Assembly: GCA_965248055.1 (NCBI GenBank)
Contig: CBDFIJ010000004.1
Coordinates: forward strand, 32,001 to 96,000
DNA: 64,000 nucleotides
Origin: Candidatus Multivoradales bacterium
GTDB taxonomy: Bacteria; Acidobacteriota; Thermoanaerobaculia; Multivoradales; JAHEKO01
Direction: 5' to 3'
The position numbers and the translations under genes are program-made. This document shows positions 57,707-64,000 of the stretch, piece after piece. The notes under the pieces were generated by a model. The model was not told the origin of the DNA, searched no databases, and saw only the letters and a list, made by a program, of their open reading frames with translations. Every line of letters begins with the position of its first letter. Position 1 is the stretch's first letter.

Positions 57707-57711
57707 TTTCT

Positions 57712-58089
57712 CGACTGGTACTTCCCGGTGCGCCACATTCTCGGCGCGGTGCTATGTGAAGCCGGCCGAGCCATCGAAGCCGAAGTCATCTACTGGGCCG
57801 ACCTAGCCAAGAATCCGGGGAATGGTTTCGCGTTGTCTTGACTAGAAAAGGCTCTCAGAGCGCAGTGGAAAACCGATCTTGCTGACCAGACGGCAGAACG
57901 CTTCGCGGATGCCTGGGCGGATGCCGATGGTGCCCTCAAGTCTTCGCGCTATTGACCGCCTGTCGGTAACCACACGAGCGGTAATCTCTTTCCTCGGATC
58001 TTCATAAGGGAGGGGCTTGTTCCCTCCCGAATTCATAGGGACTAGAGTTCGCCTGTTTGAAATCCGTATCCTGTCACCGCATTTTTTCC
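57712..58089 (+). repeat. Repeat A, copy 2 (orphan TPR 3' end, pseudogenic)
   Basis: About 80 codons colinear with the TPR end, internal TGA at 57839; same hairpin and end motif. Confidence 0.95.
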
Positions 58090-58301
58090 AGGCGCGTCGA
58101 TTTGGCGCTATGGAACTCCTACCATCAGAAGCTAGGCTATACTTACCTGAACCAGCAGTAGCGACTAGCTTTTTGGTGGCGAGCGAGGGATCGAGCGTCG
58201 GGGCTACCAACGGGTAAGGGCAATAAGGAGAATCGACCATGCCAAGCGCACCGAGTGACCTAAGAGCAGATTTGCCGAGCCGAGCAAGAGGTGGTGTCGA
58301 C

Positions 58302-59807
58302 ATGTCCGCTTGGACGCCGTCGTACGCAGGCTATCCTGGCGCGGTCATTAAGCAGTTCTTTGTCAACAAGGATGGTGAAACCAAGACGCGCACCATCAAG
58401 CACCTCATCTGGGGCGACTGGATGTTAGTCGGGACTAAGAAAAAGGGTGGTCTGGTTGAAGCCTACTCGCGCGGCAAACGCGGTTTTGTAGATCCCGCCA
58501 GCGTCACCAATGAACGTGTGCTTGAAGTGGTTTTCGTAGATATCGGCCAAGGGGATGGCTGCCTCGTCGTAACCCCGAACGACGAACACCTGGTTATCGA
58601 CGCCGGCGAGCACGACAACATGTACCGTTTCCTAAATTGGCGCTACGGACGTTTCAAGAACGATTTCGAATTCGACGCGCTCTTTGTCACACACCCAGAT
58701 CAGGACCACTACAAGGGCTTTAAGGAATTCTTCGATCTAACGGCGCACCCAGATGCCAAGCGAATTAAGTTCACGAATGTGTATCACAACGGAATCGTCG
58801 AACGAAAAGCCAAGCACTCGCTCGGTCCGAGGGTCAAGATTGACGGTAAGTCACACATCAAGGGGCTGGTTCAGACTGACGGCGATCTCGACGACTTCCT
58901 TTCCGTTGAATCGCGTTGGAAGGGCAAGAACTATCCGACATTGCTTAACAGCATGGTGCAGAGCGACAGGGTCGGCAACATCCGCTCGCTCTCCGCTGAA
59001 GACGGTTTCGTCCCTGGTTTTGAAGGCGGAAAAGACCTCTCGATTGAGGTTCTCGGTCCAGTTCTCACTCGGCACAATGGTGAGCCTTCGCTCCGATGGC
59101 TGTCGAGCGTCGGCAAGACCAAGAACGGCCATTCGGTGGTACTCAAACTCCAGTACAAGAACATCAGCATGATGCTGGGCGGGGACCTCAACATCCCGGC
59201 CGAACATCTGCTGCTTGCACATCACACCGGCCTAGAATCTCCTCCCAAGAGTGAAGAACACAAGACTCTAGTAGCAGCAGCGCGTAAGGTCTTCCAAGTT
59301 GATATCGCCAAAGCCTGCCACCACGGCAGCGCTGACTTCACCAGTATCTTTCTCGAAGCCCTCAACCCGATCGCAACGGTTATTTCTAGCGGGGACGACG
59401 AGTCCCACGCACATCCAAGGGCGGAGACGCTGGGGACAATCGGTCTCTTCTCGCGCGGCTCCCGCCCACTCATCTTCAGCACCGAGCTTGCCCGCTCGAC
59501 CAAAGAGCGCATCAAACATCCCTCAGTCGTTCGCGGCAAATTCACCGCAGCCAAGGACAGGCTCCTTGAGCTGCACGCCGACCCGAACGCCAAACAAAAA
59601 GACATCGACAAGGCCGAGCAACAGTTCAAAAAACTGGTCACGGAAATCGAACGTAGCGTCGCCGTCTACGGCGCAATCAACGTGCGCACAGATGGGCACA
59701 AAGTCCTCTTTGCGCAAAAAATCGAGCGAGGCTCTGGATGGGACACCTACCGGCTAGAGCCGCAGGGTAGCAATGAGGTTCTTGAGTACGTCGCCAAGCA
59801 CCACTAG
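58302..59807 (+). CDS. ComEC/Rec2-like metallo-beta-lactamase-fold hydrolase (soluble)
   Basis: DIGQGDG, IDAG, THPDQDHY, GGDL, HHGS, HAHP. Confidence 0.85.
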   Translation: MSAWTPSYAGYPGAVIKQFFVNKDGETKTRTIKHLIWGDWMLVGTKKKGGLVEAYSRGKRGFVDPASVTNERVLEVVFVDIGQGDGCLVVTPNDEHLVIDAGEHDNMYRFLNWRYGRFKNDFEFDALFVTHPDQDHYKGFKEFFDLTAHPDAKRIKFTNVYHNGIVERKAKHSLGPRVKIDGKSHIKGLVQTDGDLDDFLSVESRWKGKNYPTLLNSMVQSDRVGNIRSLSAEDGFVPGFEGGKDLSIEVLGPVLTRHNGEPSLRWLSSVGKTKNGHSVVLKLQYKNISMMLGGDLNIPAEHLLLAHHTGLESPPKSEEHKTLVAAARKVFQVDIAKACHHGSADFTSIFLEALNPIATVISSGDDESHAHPRAETLGTIGLFSRGSRPLIFSTELARSTKERIKHPSVVRGKFTAAKDRLLELHADPNAKQKDIDKAEQQFKKLVTEIERSVAVYGAINVRTDGHKVLFAQKIERGSGWDTYRLEPQGSNEVLEYVAKHH

Positions 59808-59901
59808 GCAAAAAGCCTAGCGGTGGTTGTGAACGTGGGACTTGCACCGCGCTCAAATTAGCAACCAATGGAGGCAAAAGAAAAATGAGAGCAGTATCGA
59901 C

Positions 59902-60175
59902 AATCCTCACAATCGCTTCGCACCGTTTGGACTGGAACAGGCCTCAGAGCGCAGAGGGAAAACCGATCTTGCTGACCAGACAGCAGAACGCTTCGCGGTA
60001 GCTTGGGCCGACGCCGATAGAGCCCTGCATTCTTCGCGCTATTGACCGCCTGTCGGTCACCACACGAACGGTAATCTCTTTCCTCGAATTTTCGTAGGAG
60101 GGGCTTGTCCCCTCCCAGATCCATAGTGACTAGATTCCGCCTGTTTGAAATTCGTATCCTGTCACCGTATTTTTC
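59902..60175 (+). repeat. Repeat A, copy 3 (shorter orphan TPR 3' end)
   Basis: NPHNRFAPFGLE...GKTDLADQTAERFAVAWADADRALHSSRY*; same hairpin (60094-60116) and end motif. Confidence 0.95.
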
Positions 60176-60274
60176 TCTCACTGACCGATTTTCCGCTTCG
60201 GTGGCACACGCAGATCAAGAGAGATCGAACGATCAACTCTACCTGTAGACTACTGATCCGCAGGGAGGTATTAC

Positions 60275-61564
60275 ATGCAGCTAGAACAGTTCTCGATTAG
60301 CGGACTTTTTGGAGGCAAGAATCATGAAATTGCATTTCCAATTCCGAATGAAGCTGACGCGGAACCCTCGCTTCTGATTATCCACGGTAAGAATGGGGTC
60401 GGAAAAACCACAATCCTACGGATGATTGCCGGATTAATGCGGCTGGATTTCGACTCGTTCCGTGATGTTCCGTTCGAGTCGGCCTCCCTAAGGTTCACCT
60501 CAGGTCAGACGATCTCTGTCAAGTTGCGCGAAAGAGGGAGGGGGAGAAAGCGTGCATTAAGTGTTGCATTTGACGAAATGAGTGTAGACCTTCATTCGAA
60601 GCACCATGGAGCGGCTGATGAAGGTGATACGGATCTGGTTAACACATTCCGAAAACAGTTCTTCGAAGCTACAAGCGCTATCAGTTTCGAATTTATCAAT
60701 ACACGCCGAGTTCGCGAACGATTCGAACGGAGTCAAGACTCCACTGATGTCTTGCGGGACGGCGTCGATCCCCGACTGTTGACTAGTCGGCACGGGCTTC
60801 GACTCCGAGCGCGTGGTTTAGTACACAGAGAGGAGGCAGCGCCGGAAAAGAAACTTGCTCTTCGCGTGAAGCGCTTCGTGCGAGATGCTCAAGTCGACTA
60901 CCGAGAATATTTTTCGACCACAGCCCCCGACCTTTTTCCGCGAATCCTGGAGCGCCTCGCTTCAACCGAAGAAGCGAATATCCAGCCACAGGATTTGCGC
61001 GAGCGGCTCGACCATATCCGTCGGCAAGACGAGGAGACATCACGGCTCGGACTTGGTCCTGACAAATGGGACTATGATCAACTCATTAGTCAACTAAACG
61101 ACTTGAGTAAGTCGCGACGTAAAGGACGGCTACAGGCGCTTGCAGCCCTCGACACCTACTCAGAATTCTTGGAATCGAGAGCTGCAGAAAGAAAACTGGT
61201 TGCGGATCGACTCCTTACGTTCGAGAAGCTAGTGTCGGAATTTTTTGTCGATAAGAGCGTGACCGTTGATCCAGCCGAAGGTTTGGTGATCACCGCAGAC
61301 TCAGGGGCACCCCTCACCGAACACCAACTCAGTTCTGGCGAGTTTCACTTGCTCTTCTTGATGGTGGCTGCCCTCAAGACCCGACGGCTTGGCACGGTGG
61401 TAGCTATCGACGAGCCTGAGATGTCGATGCACGTGGCTTGGCAGACGAAACTTGTACCTGCGCTCATAGAGTGTGCGTCAGGAGCTGAACCTTTGTTTAT
61501 CTTCGCCACACACTCACCAGATCTTGCGGCAGAATTTCCCGACGCAATGATCGATTTGAATTGA
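60275..61564 (+). CDS. ariA: ABC-type (AAA_15/AAA_21) ATPase, AriA-like sensor of PARIS
   Basis: GKNGVGKTT, LSSGE, IDEPEMSMH, ATHSP with a helical insert; GGAGGT RBS; adjacent to a DUF4435-like gene. Confidence 0.75.
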   Translation: MQLEQFSISGLFGGKNHEIAFPIPNEADAEPSLLIIHGKNGVGKTTILRMIAGLMRLDFDSFRDVPFESASLRFTSGQTISVKLRERGRGRKRALSVAFDEMSVDLHSKHHGAADEGDTDLVNTFRKQFFEATSAISFEFINTRRVRERFERSQDSTDVLRDGVDPRLLTSRHGLRLRARGLVHREEAAPEKKLALRVKRFVRDAQVDYREYFSTTAPDLFPRILERLASTEEANIQPQDLRERLDHIRRQDEETSRLGLGPDKWDYDQLISQLNDLSKSRRKGRLQALAALDTYSEFLESRAAERKLVADRLLTFEKLVSEFFVDKSVTVDPAEGLVITADSGAPLTEHQLSSGEFHLLFLMVAALKTRRLGTVVAIDEPEMSMHVAWQTKLVPALIECASGAEPLFIFATHSPDLAAEFPDAMIDLN

Positions 61565-61577
61565 AGAGTTCTCTCGC

Positions 61578-62411
61578 ATGATCAGACGAGCGCCGCAAGC
61601 GATTATCATGGCGCATCGTATGGATTCGGATAGAAGAGTTGTTTACGTGGAAGGCTCTCACGATGCCGCTTTCCTCAAGTGGCTAGTTGGGGCTCGGAAA
61701 CACCCTGACGCGCAGATTCGCGAGATTGGAACTGTGAAACTCGACGACGTGGGCGATGGCGGAGAACGCGGACGGCTTATTGGATTCGCTACTCTCTTGT
61801 CGGTGGCGAATTGCGCCAGAATTAGGTGTTTTGCGGATGCGGACTTTGATCGTTTGCTGAAACGAGAATGTCCGAAGTCTGTGTGGCTGACGGATGGACG
61901 AGATCTCGAAGGCTACGTGCTCAGAAACGAGTGCGTCGAAAAAGTGCTACTACTAGGTATTGGCCAGCATGCGGTTTCCGCCCGAGACATATTGAACGAT
62001 GTCCTCACGGTCGGCCGTCGGGTCGGAATCCTCCGAGTGGTCTCTGAGGTGGATGAACTCGCGCTACCCTTCGCGCGAACCAAACTCCAGCGTCACCTCA
62101 CTATGTCGCAAGGGCGAGTCAACTTCGCGCTGGAACCCTTTCTGCAAGCCCTACTTCAAAACGCTGGGACGAGCCTAGCAATGAAGAATAGAGTCCTGAA
62201 GAGAGTCGCAGAAGTCGCTGACGATTTAGTTGACGTGCCGGATATCCAGATTATCCACGGCAAAGATGCATTCTGCCTCATTGAAAAAGCGCTATCTCAA
62301 TTTGGGATAAGAAGGGGGGCAGAGGTGGGCAAGATGCTGTGGAGTAGCTTCGAGTCGCGATTTGTTGAGCGGGGATCGAATCTCGACCAAGTGCAAAGTT
62401 TCTTGGGCTGA
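61578..62411 (+). CDS. ariB: DUF4435 TOPRIM-fold protein, AriB-like effector of PARIS
   Basis: VYVEGSHD, DADFD, RDLEGY and HGKD motifs typical of DUF4435. Confidence 0.75.
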   Translation: MIRRAPQAIIMAHRMDSDRRVVYVEGSHDAAFLKWLVGARKHPDAQIREIGTVKLDDVGDGGERGRLIGFATLLSVANCARIRCFADADFDRLLKRECPKSVWLTDGRDLEGYVLRNECVEKVLLLGIGQHAVSARDILNDVLTVGRRVGILRVVSEVDELALPFARTKLQRHLTMSQGRVNFALEPFLQALLQNAGTSLAMKNRVLKRVAEVADDLVDVPDIQIIHGKDAFCLIEKALSQFGIRRGAEVGKMLWSSFESRFVERGSNLDQVQSFLG

Positions 62412-62489
62412 CCGCTCTGAACGGCAGGTCAAGACGATCCCTGGTAGCGAGAAGTCGAACGACTTCCACAGCCCATGTGGAACACCCAG

Positions 62490-62660
62490 CCCACTGCGAC
62501 TCGTTTGACTTTTGGGGAGTCGCTCTAGAGCAGTCGGCTAGCCTACTCGACGGCCCAATAGCTGTGTTGATTGATGTTTTAGGGGAGCCGGGGCAGGCTA
62601 CCGAGGCCCCCCCCTCCCAATAGCGGAGCAAATGATGTTTTTGGGGGAGTCGCTCCAACG
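62490..62660. repeat. Three degenerate direct repeats with a TTTT(N)GGGGAGYCG core, spaced about 62-68 bp
   Basis: Cores at about 62510, 62577 and 62638; related copies at 57604 and (inverted) about 57647. Confidence 0.6.
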
Positions 62661-62709
62661 CCGATGGCTATGCCATCGGCATCGACCGACGACCTCATTC
62701 GGCACCGAA

Positions 62710-62795
62710 TGGTGCCGGAGGGGGGAGTCGAACCCCCACACCCTTGCGGATAACGGATTTTGAGTCCGTCGCGTCTACCGTTCCGCCACTCCGGC
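62710..62795 (-). tRNA. tRNA-Leu(CAA)
   Basis: Reverse complement GCCGGAGTGGCGGAACGGTAGACGCG...CTCAAAA...long variable arm...GGTTCGACTCC...CGGCACCA. Confidence 0.96.
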
Positions 62796-62806
62796 AACCG
62801 AGCGGA

Positions 62807-62835
62807 ATCCTAGAAGCGGGGAGGGGGAGTGTCAA
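62807..62835 (-). promoter_or_regulatory. Sigma70 promoter of tRNA-Leu
   Basis: TTGACA, 17 bp spacer, TAGGAT on the minus strand. Confidence 0.75.
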
Positions 62836-62897
62836 ACCCGATTTTTGCCGAAGCTGAGGAAGTTGACGAGAGTGCATCTGCCAGAGCCAGGGTGGAG

Positions 62898-62926
62898 TTG
62901 ACATTTGTTGTTTTTTGAGTTATAAT
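62898..62926 (+). promoter_or_regulatory. Perfect-consensus sigma70 promoter upstream of carD
   Basis: TTGACA, 17 bp spacer, TATAAT. Confidence 0.85.
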
Positions 62927-63044
62927 GACCCCCTTAAACGTAAGAAAGCAAAAGACTTACGTTCTGACTAGAGATATTCCTCTACCGGTCGTTGGGGTCA
63001 AGTTTCCCAACTGGTCGGATCAGCGCAATCAAGGGAGTCGGTAG

Positions 63045-63638
63045 ATGGCAACATACAAAGTAGGGCAGAAAGTGGTGTACCCAAGCCACGGCGTGGGAGT
63101 GATCGACAAGGTGGAGAAAACGACGTTTGATGGGGTTGATGAAACGTTTTATTTCCTGCGTCTGTTTTCCAATGAGACGATGGTGATGATTCCGAAGCAG
63201 AATCTGGAATTGGTGGGGCTGCGCAAGCTGTGCTCGCGCAAGGATATTCGGGATCTGTTGAGTCTGCTTGAGGACGGCAACATCGACACTTACAAAGACT
63301 GGAAGGGTCGCTACAAGCAGAACCTGGACAAGATGAAGACCGGCGAGTTGGGTGAGGTGGCCCGGGTGCTCAAGAATCTACGTTTGGTGAGTACCAAGAA
63401 GAGCCTGTCGTTTCGGGAAAAGAAGATGTACGAACGGGCCAAGTACTTCATCGTCAGTGAAATCTCTCACGTCAACCGGATCGCTGAGGCGACGGCGGAG
63501 GCCAAGGTGGAAGAAGCACTGGAAACGACCATTACCAAACGCGAGCGTAAGCTGAAGAGAGCGGAAGCGAGAGCGGAAGCGAAAGCAGCCAAAGAGGAAG
63601 CAGCAAAAGCGGAAGCCAAAGCAGCGAAGGCGAAGTAG
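63045..63638 (+). CDS. carD: CarD/CdnL-family transcription factor with Ala/Lys-rich tail
   Basis: KVGQKVVYPSHGVG, VGLR, DWKGRYK (conserved Trp), LSFREKKM. Confidence 0.92.
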   Translation: MATYKVGQKVVYPSHGVGVIDKVEKTTFDGVDETFYFLRLFSNETMVMIPKQNLELVGLRKLCSRKDIRDLLSLLEDGNIDTYKDWKGRYKQNLDKMKTGELGEVARVLKNLRLVSTKKSLSFREKKMYERAKYFIVSEISHVNRIAEATAEAKVEEALETTITKRERKLKRAEARAEAKAAKEEAAKAEAKAAKAK

Positions 63639-63643
63639 TACCC

Positions 63644-63970
63644 TTGCCGAGAATCGTCGTTTGGATAGCGCTGCTGACAATCGCTTGGTGGTGGTTGCGG
63701 GCTAAGGCGCCTGCGAGCACCGCTCGAAGAGGTCGTTTCGGCGGCGCAACCGGACAGCGGGGCATGGGCCCGAGAGGGTCTGGCGAAGACTTGATTGCCT
63801 GTGCGACCTGTGGCGTCTACTTGCCACGTCAGCGAGCCCTGACGGAGCTCAGTGGGGCGTTCTGTTCTGCCGAGTGCCGAGATCATGTGCCGGAGAAGCC
63901 AAGCAACGACCCAGACCGCACCACCGATGCTCATCGCCCAGAGTCGAATCGGGAAACCGGAACCCAGTAA
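63644..63970 (+). CDS. Small membrane-anchored zinc-binding protein (PP0621-like)
   Basis: N-terminal TM segment; LIACATCGVYLP...FCSAEC. Confidence 0.7.
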   Translation: MPRIVVWIALLTIAWWWLRAKAPASTARRGRFGGATGQRGMGPRGSGEDLIACATCGVYLPRQRALTELSGAFCSAECRDHVPEKPSNDPDRTTDAHRPESNRETGTQ

Positions 63971-64000
63971 GCTGCTTCGGCATGCCTTCTTCGGAACCGC

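Noticed and set aside
55719-60175. Diversity-generating retroelement (TR/VR pair at the TPR C-terminus)
   Set aside because: Differences are not adenine-specific and are mostly synonymous, and no reverse transcriptase is encoded in the window.
56110-60181. Minus-strand ORFs sharing KYGDRIRISNRR
   Set aside because: They are translations of repeat A in antisense, not a gene family.
55960-62420. Classical integron or CALIN
   Set aside because: No intI gene, no RYYYAAC...GTTRRRY attC boundaries seen, the repeats include coding sequence of the neighbouring gene, and at least one cargo has its own promoter.
62490-62660. CRISPR array
   Set aside because: Only three poorly conserved units and no cas genes; kept as a degenerate repeat.

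Overview
Bacterial chromosome segment, probably Acidobacteriota (inferred from the SecY C-terminal insertion, RpoA N-terminus, CarD and gene order). Bases 1-23.5 kb hold the end of rpoB, rpoC and the str, S10, spc and alpha ribosomal clusters. rpsN and rpsD are absent from their usual positions, and a MITE sits between rplR and rpsE. An EF-G paralog follows. Bases 26-37 kb are a decayed island: a prophage remnant with hicBA, a Com-like gene and a terminase tail, plus nested IS3, IS256, IS5 and IS481 elements. Core genes follow: gspAB-like, dnaB, alr, purC, a divergent class III cyclase, pepA, oppDF, a TolC/MacAB-like exporter and a TPR protein. The most unusual feature is an integrase-free, cassette-like array at 55.7-62.7 kb. 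The TPR gene's 3' end plus a REP-like hairpin occurs three times, always ending at CCTGTCACCG(T/C)ATTTTT. Each copy is followed by a different defence- or toxin-type cargo: Fic, an MBL-fold hydrolase, and a PARIS-like AriA/AriB pair. A second locus at 34.3-37 kb has a similar architecture and the same terminal motif. The window ends with tRNA-Leu(CAA), carD and a small zinc-binding protein.
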